64,000 nucleotides of DNA from assembly GCF_946222835.1 (NCBI RefSeq), contig NZ_CAMIHD010000002.1, positions 45,114 through 109,113 of the forward strand, written 5' to 3'. The position numbers and the translations under genes are program-made. Shown here piece by piece: positions 52,545 through 63,512 of this stretch. The stretch's first letter is position 1; every line of letters begins with the position of its first letter. The notes beneath the pieces were generated by a model that did no database searches, was not told the origin of the DNA, and was given only the letters and a program-made list of their open reading frames with translations. This DNA comes from an uncultured Corynebacterium sp. Its GTDB lineage: Bacteria; Actinomycetota; Actinomycetes; Mycobacteriales; Mycobacteriaceae.

Positions 52545-52769
52545 ATGGTCCGCATGCGATTGACCGAGTATCACCAGCTCATTGTGGATGAATTTGGCGA
52601 ATCCAAGGGGAAATGGATAAGCCATTCCCATGTCTTGTCTGACTTAGGTGCAACGCCGGATGAGCTTATCGAACGCGGCGTCGATCCGCGTCGCGTGTGG
52701 CTGAGTCTGTGCGATGACTTTGACGTCCCGAAAGAGCGCAGGTTGGGAGTCGATTATCCGTCTTTGTAG
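52545..52769 (+). CDS. DUF3046 family protein (Rv2738c-like) upstream of recA
   Basis: 74-aa ORF with conserved actinobacterial placement immediately 5' of recA. Confidence 0.7.
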   Translation: MVRMRLTEYHQLIVDEFGESKGKWISHSHVLSDLGATPDELIERGVDPRRVWLSLCDDFDVPKERRLGVDYPSL

Positions 52770-52951
52770 CGCCATTTGGAGCGCCTTAGCGGTGTGTCTG
52801 CTTTCGAAATTCGAACAGATGTATGTAATATGGCGGACGTGTCGACGTAGTCGTCTACAGTGGGATGGCGTTGATGGCGGGAACCGTTTGAGTTTCTCGG
52901 CAGTCTAATTATGCGTTAGTACATCGTTTTAGAAGATAGGGATGAAAATTT

Positions 52952-54088
52952 ATGGCAACCAAAAAGAAGTCTTCTTCTGCCGCGGCTAAGGGAGATGACC
53001 GCCAGAAAGCACTCGATGCCGCCATGGCCATGATTGAAAAGGATTATGGCAAGGGCGCTGTCATGCGCTTGGGCGATGACAATCGCCCGCCGATTAAGGC
53101 CATTTCTTCGGGCAATACCGCCATCGACGTCGCTTTGGGCATTGGTGGTTTCCCGCGTGGCCGCATCGTAGAGATTTATGGCCCTGAGTCTTCTGGTAAG
53201 ACCACCGTCGCGCTGCATGCCATCGCATCTGCGCAAAAAGACGGCGGCATTGCCGCGTTTATTGACGCCGAGCATGCTCTCGACCCACAGTATGCTCGCC
53301 TTCTTGGCGTGGATACCGATAATCTCTTGGTCTCCCAGCCAGATACCGGCGAGCAGGCCTTGGAAATCGCCGATATGCTGGTGCGCTCCGGCGCTATTGA
53401 CATCATCGTGGTTGACTCCGTGGCGGCTTTGACCCCGAAGGCGGAAATCGAAGGCGAGATGGGCGATAGCCATGTCGGCCTCCAGGCCCGATTGATGTCG
53501 CAGGCACTGCGCAAGATGACCGGTGCGCTGTACAACTCTGGCACCACCGCCATCTTCATTAACCAGCTGCGCGAGAAGATTGGCGTAATGTTTGGCTCGC
53601 CTGAGACCACCACTGGTGGTAAGGCGCTTAAGTTCTACTCCTCCGTTCGCTGCGATATTCGCCGCATCCAGACCTTGAAGGATGGCCAGGATGCCATTGG
53701 TAACCGCACCAAACTCAAGGTGGTAAAGAACAAGGTTTCCCCACCATTTAAGATTGCCGAGTTCGACATTATGTATGGCGAAGGCATTTCCCGCGAGTCT
53801 TCCATCATTGATCTTGGCGTAGAAAATGGCTTTATTCGCAAGTCCGGCTCATGGTTTACCTATGAAGGCGATCAGCTGGGCCAAGGTAAAGAGAAGGCAC
53901 GTAACTTCCTGAAGGATAACCCGGATCTAGCCAATGAAATTGAGCAAAAGATTTTCCAGAAGCTCGGAATCGGTGAGGCCGCAGCCGAGGGTGAAGAAGC
54001 TGCTGCGATGGACGTTCCCGGCGCTGATGACCCATTGACCGATGAGTCCGTGGATCTTGTCCCCAATGTCGATTTTGATGATGACTAA
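52952..54088 (+). CDS. recA: recombinase RecA (no intein)
   Basis: Walker [11 protein letters not shown]1/L2 loops and a 378-aa length. Confidence 0.97.
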   Translation: MATKKKSSSAAAKGDDRQKALDAAMAMIEKDYGKGAVMRLGDDNRPPIKAISSGNTAIDVALGIGGFPRGRIVEIYGPESSGKTTVALHAIASAQKDGGIAAFIDAEHALDPQYARLLGVDTDNLLVSQPDTGEQALEIADMLVRSGAIDIIVVDSVAALTPKAEIEGEMGDSHVGLQARLMSQALRKMTGALYNSGTTAIFINQLREKIGVMFGSPETTTGGKALKFYSSVRCDIRRIQTLKDGQDAIGNRTKLKVVKNKVSPPFKIAEFDIMYGEGISRESSIIDLGVENGFIRKSGSWFTYEGDQLGQGKEKARNFLKDNPDLANEIEQKIFQKLGIGEAAAEGEEAAAMDVPGADDPLTDESVDLVPNVDFDDD

Positions 54089-54139
54089 AACCGTCTAGCT
54101 TCGTACCCCACCGTCTGCATCCCCTTCTGAATCTGCATT

Positions 54140-54742
54140 ATGAATCAGCCCGCCCCCGAAAAGCTCGCCCAACTCCGACAGGCCCTCGAGGCCTATGAGA
54201 GTGGTGCGGCTGGGGGCGGGCTTTTTGATAGGGAAGCAGAAGAAGCCAAGGCTAAGGTTCGCTCCCGCGCTCTAGGGCTTTTGGACCAACGATCTAGGTC
54301 CCGCAAAGAACTTTCTGACCGCCTGATTAAGGCGGATTTCGAACCGGACCTCATTGAGGAAGTGTTGGATGATTTGGCCCACGCAGGGCTAGTGAATGAC
54401 GCCGCTTTTGCACGAGAGTGGGTGCGCCAGCGTCATAAGCGTCGCGGGAAGTCTCGCTTGGCGCTTAACAGGGAGTTGCGTGAAAAAGGCGTGAGCGAGG
54501 CCGACCGTGCTGAAGCTCTCGAGCAAATCGACCCTGCCGATGAAGAGGCAATGGCGCATGCTTTGGCAGAAAAGAAGGCCGGTTCCATCAAGTCCGTTCC
54601 GCCAGATCGCAAGGAGCGCGACAAGGCACTACGACGCATCGTGGGTGTACTTGCTCGCCGTGGTTTCAATGAAGGGATGTCGCTGCAGATTGCCATCGCG
54701 GCGCTTGATGCGCGGTGCGCTGAATTGCGCGCAGAAGGCTAA
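54140..54742 (+). CDS. recX: RecA regulator RecX
   Basis: 200-aa ORF downstream of recA with a RecX three-helix repeat pattern. Confidence 0.85.
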   Translation: MNQPAPEKLAQLRQALEAYESGAAGGGLFDREAEEAKAKVRSRALGLLDQRSRSRKELSDRLIKADFEPDLIEEVLDDLAHAGLVNDAAFAREWVRQRHKRRGKSRLALNRELREKGVSEADRAEALEQIDPADEEAMAHALAEKKAGSIKSVPPDRKERDKALRRIVGVLARRGFNEGMSLQIAIAALDARCAELRAEG

Positions 54743-54751
54743 TCGCGCCCT

Positions 54752-56350
54752 GTGGGATCGCGCCGGAGGAGCAAAGCTTCGACAGTTATGAGATGCCTAG
54801 CTTCATGGCTAAACTATGCCGACGTGGAGCAGACAATCGCAGATACCCGTACTTATGAAGTCCGAACCTTCGGCTGCCAGATGAATGTGCACGATTCCGA
54901 GCGCATCTCTGGTCTCTTGGAGGAGGCCGGCTACTCGGCAGCCGGCGAAGGCGTAGAGCCAGATCTCATCGTCTTTAATACCTGCGCCGTGCGCGAGAAT
55001 GCCGATAAGCGGCTCTACGGCACCCTGGGTGCCTTGAAGAAGACGAAAGAAAATCACCCGGGCATGCAGATCGCCGTGGGTGGTTGCTTGGCGCAAAAAG
55101 ACAAGGACACCGTCCTTGATAATGCCCCGTGGGTAGACGCTGTATTCGGCACTCACAACATGGCTGCGTTGCCGACCCTGCTGGAACGCGCCCGCCACAA
55201 CGACGAGGCTCAGGTAGAGATCGTCGATTCCCTTGAGGCTTTTCCATCCGTCTTGCCGGCCAAGCGTGAGTCTGCCTATGCCGGTTGGGTTTCCGTTTCT
55301 GTAGGCTGCAATAACACTTGTACTTTTTGTATTGTCCCGTCTCTGCGTGGCAAGGAAGAGGACCGCCGGCCGGGCGATATTTTGGCTGAGGTCAAAGCGT
55401 TGGTGGACCAGGGCGTATCTGAAGTCACCTTGTTGGGACAAAACGTTAATGCCTATGGCGTTAATTTCGCCGATCCGGAGATGCCGCGCGACCGCTTCGC
55501 CTTTTCTAAACTTCTGCGTGAGGTAGGCAAGATCGAAGGCCTTGAGCGCCTTCGCTTCACATCCCCGCACCCGGCGGAGTTTACTTCCGATGTCATTGAT
55601 GCCATGGCCGAGACCCCCGCCGTGTGCCCGCAGCTGCACATGCCTTTGCAGTCTGGTTCGGACAAGGTCCTCAAGGACATGCGCCGTTCCTATCGCACGA
55701 AGAAGTTCCTGCGGATTTTGGATGAGGTACGCGAAAAGATTCCGCACGCCGCGATTACCACGGATATCATCGTGGGTTTCCCTGGCGAGACGGAAGAAGA
55801 CTTCCAAGACACCATGGAACTGGTGCGCCAGGCGCGCTTTGCCTCTGCCTTTACCTTCCAGTACTCGCCGCGCCCAGGTACCCCGGCTGCGGAGATGGAG
55901 GACCAAATTCCCAAAGAGGTGGTCCAGGATCGCTTCGAGCGACTCGTCGCGCTGCAAGACAGCATCCAGGCTGAGGAGAACAAAAAGCTCATCGGCACGG
56001 ACGTGAAGCTATTGGTTCAGGCAGGCGGTGGCCGCAAGAACGATGAGACTCACCGCATGACCGGCCGCGCACGCGATGGCCGCTTAGTGCACTTCACCCC
56101 AGTTGATTCTGAGGGCGCGGAAATTTCCGCCGCGATTCGCCCAGGCGATGTGGTCCATACCCAGGTCACTGGTGCGGGTTCTTTCTTCTTGCTTGCCGAC
56201 GCCGCCGTTACCTCCCACACCCGCACCAAGGCCGGCGACATGTCTGCTGCCGGCGAGACTCCGACCACCGCGCCCATCGGCGTGGGCTTAGGCCTGCCGT
56301 CGATTGGTAAGCCCGCTGCTGCGGAATCTGGCGATTCTTGCGGTTGCTAG
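54752..56350 (+). CDS. miaB: tRNA-i6A37 methylthiotransferase MiaB
   Basis: UPF0004 N-terminal Cys triad, radical-SAM CxxxCxxC (CNNTCTFC) and a TRAM domain. Confidence 0.9.
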   Translation: MGSRRRSKASTVMRCLASWLNYADVEQTIADTRTYEVRTFGCQMNVHDSERISGLLEEAGYSAAGEGVEPDLIVFNTCAVRENADKRLYGTLGALKKTKENHPGMQIAVGGCLAQKDKDTVLDNAPWVDAVFGTHNMAALPTLLERARHNDEAQVEIVDSLEAFPSVLPAKRESAYAGWVSVSVGCNNTCTFCIVPSLRGKEEDRRPGDILAEVKALVDQGVSEVTLLGQNVNAYGVNFADPEMPRDRFAFSKLLREVGKIEGLERLRFTSPHPAEFTSDVIDAMAETPAVCPQLHMPLQSGSDKVLKDMRRSYRTKKFLRILDEVREKIPHAAITTDIIVGFPGETEEDFQDTMELVRQARFASAFTFQYSPRPGTPAAEMEDQIPKEVVQDRFERLVALQDSIQAEENKKLIGTDVKLLVQAGGGRKNDETHRMTGRARDGRLVHFTPVDSEGAEISAAIRPGDVVHTQVTGAGSFFLLADAAVTSHTRTKAGDMSAAGETPTTAPIGVGLGLPSIGKPAAAESGDSCGC

Positions 56351-56372
56351 TAGGAGAGTAGGCTAGTAAGCC

Positions 56373-56999
56373 ATGACTGAGGAATCTTCGACCACCGCGG
56401 CCCAAAAAGCAGCTACTGCGGAGCGCAGAGCAGCACAAACAATGGAACTCGGTGGGCACAGGGTGACGCTGTGCATTGCAGTGGTGGCCTATCTCCTCTA
56501 CTTGATTTTGCCCTACGCCGGCCCAGCCGACGGTTGGGAGGCATTGACGTTCGGCACCACGTCCAGCGGAGTCAGAATTTCCATCATGGAAACCGTCTCC
56601 GCGTGGCTCGCTCTTATCGGTTTGGGCATCCTCACTCCGGTGACGATTTTGACCCGTCGAGCTACGTCGGGGCTTGTTGCTTGGATGCTGGTGACTGTGT
56701 CCTTCTTTGCCAACCTGTGGGGGTTCTGGTTCCGCGGCTCTACGGCTGATGGCGCATCGCTGGGCATGTGGGTAGGAATGCTGGCAACCTTCCTTGCATT
56801 TTTGGCCTATAGCATGGTGGCGTTGCGCCGCAGCCCTGAACAAAAGGCCGCCGAAGCTCAAGTGCGTGCCACCGCCGGACAGCTCGATGAGGTGGGCGAG
56901 TTCCAATCCAGTCTTGATGACACACCACGGCAGGAGCCGATAGAGGATACTCGCCGCAAGCAGGCCGCTGAGCGCCACCGCGCCCAACGCGGCGAGTAA
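56373..56999 (+). CDS. membrane protein (Rv2732c-like)
   Basis: 208-aa ORF with four hydrophobic helices and conserved placement after miaB. Confidence 0.55.
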   Translation: MTEESSTTAAQKAATAERRAAQTMELGGHRVTLCIAVVAYLLYLILPYAGPADGWEALTFGTTSSGVRISIMETVSAWLALIGLGILTPVTILTRRATSGLVAWMLVTVSFFANLWGFWFRGSTADGASLGMWVGMLATFLAFLAYSMVALRRSPEQKAAEAQVRATAGQLDEVGEFQSSLDDTPRQEPIEDTRRKQAAERHRAQRGE

Positions 57000-57037
57000 A
57001 GCGCGCCGCCGCGTCTTTTTCTGCAACGCCTGCGGCT

Positions 57038-58165
57038 CTAGGGTCGCAGGCGCAACTCCCAGGCAGAAGAGCGGGAGAGTTCTCTGGCGCCAAGGCTGCG
57101 GTAGATGGCATTCATGGCCGCGTCTTTGGCCGCAACAGAACCGTAGCAACGCCGCACCCGGGGCCAATAATGCGCAACCTCATGTAGCGCTGTGAGCTTA
57201 GCTAATTGTGCGAGCCCGCGGCAGCGGTGCGGGCGATCGGTGACGGTCAAAGTCCACTCGCATACCGCAGGATTCGCGTCTTCATGCCTAGCCATTTCCG
57301 CCAAAGCGAGGATGTCACCCTCCTCGGCGGTGAGCGCGATAAGCAGTGTATGACCGCGGCGAGAACGCAGCCGGCTGTGGGCTTCGCGCAACCGAGTGCG
57401 AGTCCACATGATGGGCTCGACCGTCAGGTCTCCGGTTTCCGCGTCTTTAGACGCTAGGGTGAGCAGCCGCATCACTTCGTCGAGGTAGTCTTCCGGGATG
57501 TCGTAATCGGGCCACACCTGTGCTGTGATTCCCGCGGGAAGCAGCGCCGCCACGGGGCTTTCGGGGATATCCATGACAAGCTGGTGTTCCGCATGCCTTT
57601 GGGTAAAGCCAAGCTTGCGGTAGACGCTTGTCATGGCGTCGTAGTCTGGGTCCGCACCCGGTGGGTGCAAAAGACCCACGTGGGCTACCGTGCGGCCGAG
57701 ATTCCGGGCCAGCTCCAGTGCTTTCGATCCCATCCATTCGGCGACTTTGCGCCCATCTTCATCGAGTTGCTCTCCGGGAAGAGGCAAATCGCATAAAACG
57801 CATTCAATCTCTGCGGCCTCACGCTCTTCTAAAAGCGGCAAGCTGATGTGGATGAATCCGAGATAGTCCAGTTCTGGGCTGGGCTCCACCGCAGGTATCA
57901 GTGGCAAGCCGAGCTCGGAGACTTCGCCAAGGGTGGAATCGCCCTCAACTACTGCAAAGAGATAAGTCTGTGACTCGCTCGATCCTTGTAGACGCTGCAC
58001 CACACGGCCTGGCGACGTTGATGCCGCCGCATCGCCGCTTGCTTCCTGGGCTGCAAGGTTGGCCCAGAAGACGAAGCTACGAATGCAATCCGCTGGTTCT
58101 TTAGAACGGGCGTCAGCGGCAGATGCATGCGGCGGCCGCGGCGGCGCAATATGGACGAGGTGCAC
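57038..58165 (-). CDS. hypothetical protein, possibly GNAT-like acetyltransferase
   Basis: 375-aa ORF with an RxxGxA-like motif (HRCRGLAQLA) near the C-terminus; weak call. Confidence 0.35.
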   Translation of the reverse strand: MHLVHIAPPRPPHASAADARSKEPADCIRSFVFWANLAAQEASGDAAASTSPGRVVQRLQGSSESQTYLFAVVEGDSTLGEVSELGLPLIPAVEPSPELDYLGFIHISLPLLEEREAAEIECVLCDLPLPGEQLDEDGRKVAEWMGSKALELARNLGRTVAHVGLLHPPGADPDYDAMTSVYRKLGFTQRHAEHQLVMDIPESPVAALLPAGITAQVWPDYDIPEDYLDEVMRLLTLASKDAETGDLTVEPIMWTRTRLREAHSRLRSRRGHTLLIALTAEEGDILALAEMARHEDANPAVCEWTLTVTDRPHRCRGLAQLAKLTALHEVAHYWPRVRRCYGSVAAKDAAMNAIYRSLGARELSRSSAWELRLRP

Positions 58166-59505
58166 TACTTATCGTTGACGGCATTAGCGGCGGCGTCGGC
58201 AAAAGCCTGCCATTGCTCAGCCTGCGCGCGCAGATCAGCGGCCTTTTTTGCATTGCCCTTGGCCTCAGCTGCCTCGGCCTGGGATTTAAAATCGTCGACC
58301 TTTGCCTGGAACTGTGCCACACGTGCCTGGGCTTCTGGGTCGGTGCGGCGCCATTCGGATTTCTCCGCCTCGGTCACGCGCTGCTCGAGAGCCTCAATCT
58401 TGGATTCGTACTCGCGTACTTGCTTGCGGGGAACGAAGCCGATTTCCTCCCACTTTTCCTGCAACTCGCGCAGCTTGGCCTTAGCGCCCTCGATGCCCTT
58501 GGAAGGATCGATCTGGCCGTCGTACTCTGCAATCAAGGCGTCCTTGGCCTTGGCATTTTCTGCAAACTCGCGGTCACGCTCGTCATTGACGGCGTTGCGA
58601 GCGTCGAAGAATTTGTCTTGGGCGGCGCGGAAGCGGGCCCAAAGTTTATCGTCCACCTCGCGCGGGGCGCGGCCGGCTGCTTTCCACTCGGTCATCAAAT
58701 CGCGGTAAGCCCGAGCGGTAGGACCCCAATCGGTGGATTCCTGGATGGCTTCGGCGCGCTCGACGAGTTCTTCCTTCTTTTTGCGGGCAACTGCTCGGGC
58801 ACGGTCGAGCTCGGCGAAGTGGGAACCGCGGCGGCGGTTGAAGGAATCGCGGGCGCGAGAATAACGCTTCCACAGCGCATCATCAGTCTTGCGGTCGATG
58901 CCCTTGATTTGCTTCCACTCCTCCAAGATGGCGCGGATGCGGTCACCGGCGGCCTTCCATTCGGTGGAGTTTTCCGCAATATCTTCTGCCTCAGCTGCCA
59001 GCTTTTCCTTGGCGGCAATAGCTTCCTCGCGACGGCGTTCCTTATCTGCCTGCGCTTGCTCGCCGGCTTCTACAGAGTGTTCGATTACCGCGTTCAGGCG
59101 CTGGTCTAAGGCTGCAATATCACCAATGACTGCAGCAGTTGGCAGGGTTTCGCGCAACTGGGCTGCGCTCCTTTTAATGCCGGCAGCCTCGCTGGGATTA
59201 GCGCGCAGACGAGCCTCGAGCAGTTCAATTTCGGTGGAGAGATCGTCGTAGCGCGCGCCGTAGTGCTGCAAGCCTTCCTCAGGGGTTCCGGCCTGCCATT
59301 CGCCAATCTTGCGCTCGCCCTCCGGGGCAGAAACGAAGACGGAACCATCCGCGGCAACTCGGCCCCACTTGGCCGGGTCATTCTTGCTCGGTGCCTGTAC
59401 AGGAACGGGCTTTGCGGTGGGGCGAGGTCCCTTCTTGGGCATGGAACCTGGGGTAGGGATGGGAGACATGACAAGCCCTCCTATGCATAGATCGCCGCGC
59501 GTCAC
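58165..59505 (-). CDS. DUF349 repeat protein (Rv2731-like Ala/Arg-rich protein)
   Basis: Repeated about 75-aa units with conserved W...W...R..F motifs (WKRYSRARDSF, WARFRAAQDKF) typical of DUF349. Confidence 0.7.
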   Translation of the reverse strand: MTRGDLCIGGLVMSPIPTPGSMPKKGPRPTAKPVPVQAPSKNDPAKWGRVAADGSVFVSAPEGERKIGEWQAGTPEEGLQHYGARYDDLSTEIELLEARLRANPSEAAGIKRSAAQLRETLPTAAVIGDIAALDQRLNAVIEHSVEAGEQAQADKERRREEAIAAKEKLAAEAEDIAENSTEWKAAGDRIRAILEEWKQIKGIDRKTDDALWKRYSRARDSFNRRRGSHFAELDRARAVARKKKEELVERAEAIQESTDWGPTARAYRDLMTEWKAAGRAPREVDDKLWARFRAAQDKFFDARNAVNDERDREFAENAKAKDALIAEYDGQIDPSKGIEGAKAKLRELQEKWEEIGFVPRKQVREYESKIEALEQRVTEAEKSEWRRTDPEAQARVAQFQAKVDDFKSQAEAAEAKGNAKKAADLRAQAEQWQAFADAAANAVNDK

Positions 59506-59605
59506 GGCTGCCGGATAAAATCATTGGATACATTACCGCGAATATCCCGCGCGTGCCCAGATTCCATTTAATTACCTCCACTTGGGTAGATAGTATGGAG
59601 GAATA

Positions 59606-60205
59606 ATGTTCAATCTCATGGTGATGCCAGCCTCACCGGCGCTGGCCGTGGAGCTTTCTGCAAATGATGCTGCCTCCCGGGCACTGCTTGCCGCTGCCCG
59701 CACCCTTGCGGTGGAGGCTGCGGCGGCCGGACTAACGCAGGTAGATATCGTCGGCAGCCAGGATAAGCGCTGGCACTCCGCCCATACCGGCAGTTTGCAG
59801 GCCTGGGGAGCCGCGACTGACCTGGGCGGTGGCAACTTTCTGCCCGAAATAATGGCTCGCTACGTACTGCACAGTGTGCCGCAGCTCCACGTACGCTCAA
59901 GCCGGGAACACATCGGCCAACCGGATTCGGGGGCATTTACCGTCATCGTGACGGACGGCAGCGCAGGCCTAACCGAGCGCGCCCCCTTGGCGCTCGTTCC
60001 CGGCGCGCAGGAGGCGCACGAGTGGTGCGAGGAGGTGCTGATGGGGGCGTCGGCAAGCGGGGCAGGCGGCTGGCTTTCCCAACGCGGCGTAGAAGAGCCT
60101 GTACTTTGGGAGGAATTGGCAGGGCTACAGCCAAAGAAGGCCCAGTTGCTTGCTACCGACGCAACCCTAGGCGTTGGTCGCTATGTCGCAGGATGGGAGG
60201 TCTAA
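59606..60205 (+). CDS. conserved hypothetical protein (Rv2728c-like)
   Basis: 199-aa Ala/Leu-rich ORF whose stop overlaps the miaA ATG (TAATG). Confidence 0.5.
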   Translation: MFNLMVMPASPALAVELSANDAASRALLAAARTLAVEAAAAGLTQVDIVGSQDKRWHSAHTGSLQAWGAATDLGGGNFLPEIMARYVLHSVPQLHVRSSREHIGQPDSGAFTVIVTDGSAGLTERAPLALVPGAQEAHEWCEEVLMGASASGAGGWLSQRGVEEPVLWEELAGLQPKKAQLLATDATLGVGRYVAGWEV

Positions 60206-61101
60206 TGCGCCCGATTGCAGTCTTTGGCCCCACCGCCTCGGGCAAATCCGCGTTAGGGCTGGCGCTTGCACATGAGCTAGACGGCGAGGTGGTCAACGTT
60301 GATTCCATGCAGCTTTACCGCGGCATGGATATTGGCACCGCAAAGCTCACCCCGGCCGAGCGTGAGGGGATCCCGCACCATCAGCTCGATGTGTGGGAGG
60401 TGACCCAGACCGCTTCTGTGGCGCGCTACCAGCGCGATGCCATCGCGGACGTGGAAGGGATCATGGCCCGCGGCAAAACCCCCATCTTGGTTGGCGGGTC
60501 CATGCTCTATGCCCAAGCGCTTGTCGACGACTGGCAGTTCCCACCCACCGACCCCACCGTGCGCGCCAAGTACGAGGCGCGGCGCGTGGAAATTGGCACG
60601 GACGCGTTACACGCAGAGCTGGCGCAGGTGGATCCGGCCGCGGCCGCCATTATTGAAGATAAGGACCCACGCCGTACTGTCCGCGCGCTCGAGGTCATTG
60701 AACTAACCGGCAAGCCCTATAAAGCCAGCCAACCGCCGAAAGACGCCCCGCCACGGTGGGGCACCCGCTTGCTGGGGCTGCGCACCACCGCGGATTGGTT
60801 GAATCCGCGCATCGAGCTGCGCACGCACCAGATGTTCGAGCGCGGGCTCATCGAGGAAGTCGAGCGTCTCCAAGCGCAGGGCTTGGTGGCCGATTCCACC
60901 GCCGGCCGCGCGATCGGCTATGCGCAGGTATTTCAAGCCCAGCGCGGCGACCTCACCTGGGATGAGGCCGTCGAGCGTACGATTACCGGCACCCGGCGGT
61001 ATGTACGCCGGCAACGCTCCTGGTTCAACCGTGATAAACGCATCACATGGCTGGATGCTGCGGGTGATACGACCGCCCAGGCCTTGCGCGCGCTAGGGTA
61101 G
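60205..61101 (+). CDS. miaA: tRNA dimethylallyltransferase
   Basis: P-loop GPTASGKS at the N-terminus. The start was moved to the ATG at 60205, which has a GGATGGGAGG SD. Confidence 0.9.
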   Translation: MRPIAVFGPTASGKSALGLALAHELDGEVVNVDSMQLYRGMDIGTAKLTPAEREGIPHHQLDVWEVTQTASVARYQRDAIADVEGIMARGKTPILVGGSMLYAQALVDDWQFPPTDPTVRAKYEARRVEIGTDALHAELAQVDPAAAAIIEDKDPRRTVRALEVIELTGKPYKASQPPKDAPPRWGTRLLGLRTTADWLNPRIELRTHQMFERGLIEEVERLQAQGLVADSTAGRAIGYAQVFQAQRGDLTWDEAVERTITGTRRYVRRQRSWFNRDKRITWLDAAGDTTAQALRALG

Positions 61102-61106
61102 GGAGC

Positions 61107-61967
61107 ATGAAATTTGCCAAGGGCCATGGAACTGAGAACGACTTCGTCATCGTCGAGGACCCTGCGGCCGCCACGCCGCTTGCACCTGCGCGCGTAGCGG
61201 CCCTGTGCGATCGCCGCGCCGGCATTGGTGGCGATGGCCTGCTGCGTGTCGTGCGTGCCGATGCCTTGCTTGCGGCCGGTGAAATAGCCGAACTGGCCGA
61301 GGGTATTGCGCCCGATGATTGGTTTATGGATTATCGCAACGCCGACGGCTCCGTGGCCGAAATGTGTGGAAATGGCACCCGCGTTTTCGCTCACTGGCTG
61401 CGTTCGCGTGGCCTCGTGGAGGAAGACGAATTCACCATTGGCACCCGCGCCGGTGCGAAACGCGTTAAGGTGCATTCTTTTGATGAGCACGCGGCCGAGG
61501 TCACCGTGGAAATGGGCCCGGCCGAAGTAACTGGCGTATCCACTGCGTCTATGGCCGGTGAGAGTTACGCTGGTCTGGGCGTCGACATGGGAAACCCGCA
61601 CCTCGCGGCCGTGGTGCCCGGGCTGGACTCCGAGGGCCTTGCGGCCAAGACCTTGGAGCAGCCGGTCATCGATGCGGATTTCTTTCCAGCTGGCGTGAAC
61701 GTGGAGCTGGTAACCCCACTGCGCGATGGCCACGTACACATGCGCGTCTTCGAACGCGGGGTGGGAGAGACGCGCTCTTGCGGCACCGGCACTGTGGCGG
61801 CCGCGACTGCCGCGCTTGCCGACGCCGCCGTCGACCACACCACCACCCCTCATGGCACCGTGCACGTACACGTACCCGGCGGTGAGGTGACCGTGGAAAT
61901 CTATGAGGGCGGCTCTCGCCTGACCGGCCCGTCCGCCATTATCGCCACCGGCGAGACCTCGCTGTAG
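61107..61967 (+). CDS. dapF: diaminopimelate epimerase
   Basis: [17 protein letters not shown]-terminus and two catalytic Cys (GNGTR, CGTG). Confidence 0.9.
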   Translation: MKFAKGHGTENDFVIVEDPAAATPLAPARVAALCDRRAGIGGDGLLRVVRADALLAAGEIAELAEGIAPDDWFMDYRNADGSVAEMCGNGTRVFAHWLRSRGLVEEDEFTIGTRAGAKRVKVHSFDEHAAEVTVEMGPAEVTGVSTASMAGESYAGLGVDMGNPHLAAVVPGLDSEGLAAKTLEQPVIDADFFPAGVNVELVTPLRDGHVHMRVFERGVGETRSCGTGTVAAATAALADAAVDHTTTPHGTVHVHVPGGEVTVEIYEGGSRLTGPSAIIATGETSL

Positions 61968-61992
61968 ATCGCGACCTGCCCCCGGTGAGTGT

Positions 61993-62604
61993 TTAGGCGC
62001 TGTGCCCTTCGCCTTGTTCTTCCTCGAAGGCTTGCTCCTCGAGGGCTTGGCGGCGCAGGGTGCGGTTTTCCACTTCGTTCTTTTCATATTTCGGCCCGAG
62101 CGCAAAGGCAGCGCGGCGGGCCGAAAGCCATGTTTCTTTGAGTTCGCGGGCCCTTTCATCGGTTACCTTGAGCAAAGAGTCCAGCTCGTTCGTGCTGACC
62201 TCTTCCGCGTTCACGCGCAGGTTCAACCGGCGCAGGAAACGCCGGGCGCCCGACAGCTCATAGTGGAAGGCTTCGATGATGGGGTCAGAGCAATCCAAAT
62301 CTAAAAGCGCCGGCCGGTAGAGCGTGCGGTCTGCGATTTTTTCGGCCGCCTCGGAAGATTGGAAGTCTTCGTATTCTGCAATGACGTCTTCGATATCTTC
62401 GGCAGAGAGGCGAATTGAGCCGCGTAGCGCCGCCTGCTCAGAAGCATCCGGGCGGGTATAGAGCATGAGCAGGGCTGCCGCAATCAGCAGCGCTGCGATG
62501 AAAAGACCAGGGATTTTGAGGGTCGCCACAACCGCTACTGATCCCACTAAGATCAGCACTAGAACCAGTACGCGCCGGTTCCGCGCGTTTTCAGGAAATG
62601 GCAT
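61993..62604 (-). CDS. membrane protein (hypothetical), downstream partner of the Cys-Gly-tail protein
   Basis: Start moved to the Met at 62604 with a GGAG SD. It has two N-terminal TM helices followed by an acidic coiled-coil-like C-terminus. Confidence 0.5.
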   Translation of the reverse strand: MPFPENARNRRVLVLVLILVGSVAVVATLKIPGLFIAALLIAAALLMLYTRPDASEQAALRGSIRLSAEDIEDVIAEYEDFQSSEAAEKIADRTLYRPALLDLDCSDPIIEAFHYELSGARRFLRRLNLRVNAEEVSTNELDSLLKVTDERARELKETWLSARRAAFALGPKYEKNEVENRTLRRQALEEQAFEEEQGEGHSA

Positions 62605-62639
62605 CCACACAACTACTCCATTAGGCCTTTGCGTCCGTT

Positions 62640-63437
62640 TTAGTGGCCTCCGCAGCCGCAACCGCCGGAGCCACAACCGCAGCCCGCACCGTCGCCGCAA
62701 CCGCCGCTGGGCAGCTCGATGGAAGCGGTAAGCATGGCGGTGCCGGCCACGATAGAGTCCTTCGCCGGCAGCTCTTGGACCTCTGCGGGAAGACAGAGGT
62801 CGAAAGGGCAGAGTCCATCCATAATGAGGTGGGCGAATTTCTCGCCGGTGAGCTCGTTGGTGCGCCATTCGGATTCCATGACGCGGGCCGCGAAGGTAGC
62901 GGCCGGAGTGGGAACTTCCGCCCCAGAACCGGAAGAAATTACCTTCGCTCCAGCGGACTCAAAGAGCTCTGGGAATTCGCCCTCGGCCTCCTCATAGGCA
63001 GCGGCGGACTCATAGGTGCGTACATCAAGGCCCATCGCAGTAAGGGAAATTTGCTGCCATTGCTGCAAGGGTTCGTCGACAAGCAAAGGCCCCTGCGCCA
63101 GGTTCGCGGTGGCCTGGGCGATGGTGGTACCGAAAGGATCGATGATTTCCAGTAGAGCAAGAACATCGTTGACCATCTCCACGTGGGCGAACCCCTGCGT
63201 GACGGCATTAAAGCCAATGAAGGTGGCAAAAGGCTCTACCGCGAGGATATTGAGCTGCGCACCCGAGGGATCAGTGAACTGAATTAGCTGGCCCCCGCGA
63301 ACCTCACCGGTAACGGCCAAGCGGTCGCTGGCGATGGCGGCTTCGACGGCATCTTGCCAGCGTTCGAAATTGAGGCCAATGGCCTGCATCTCGGTATTCT
63401 GCTTCACCCCAGTGTCCTTAACGTTCATGCTCGCCAT
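62640..63437 (-). CDS. hypothetical protein with C-terminal Cys-Gly repeat tail
   Basis: 265-aa ORF ending in SGGCGDGAGCGCGSGGCGCGGH (9 Cys in 22 residues). It is divergent from hflX and tandem with 61993..62604. Confidence 0.55.
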   Translation of the reverse strand: MASMNVKDTGVKQNTEMQAIGLNFERWQDAVEAAIASDRLAVTGEVRGGQLIQFTDPSGAQLNILAVEPFATFIGFNAVTQGFAHVEMVNDVLALLEIIDPFGTTIAQATANLAQGPLLVDEPLQQWQQISLTAMGLDVRTYESAAAYEEAEGEFPELFESAGAKVISSGSGAEVPTPAATFAARVMESEWRTNELTGEKFAHLIMDGLCPFDLCLPAEVQELPAKDSIVAGTAMLTASIELPSGGCGDGAGCGCGSGGCGCGGH

Positions 63438-63512
63438 TGTATCGCCTTCTGGAGCCAGTCAAGAATCCGCAATTCCCGCTTTCGGCCGCAACGTGTCAAA
63501 ATGGACGGTAGT

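Noticed and set aside
52780-52951. Canonical LexA box (TCGAAC-N4-GTTCGA or TCGAAMANNTGTTCGA) upstream of recA.
   Set aside because: Only half-site matches are present. The TTCGAA direct doublet has the wrong spacing for either consensus, so it is not listed as a feature.
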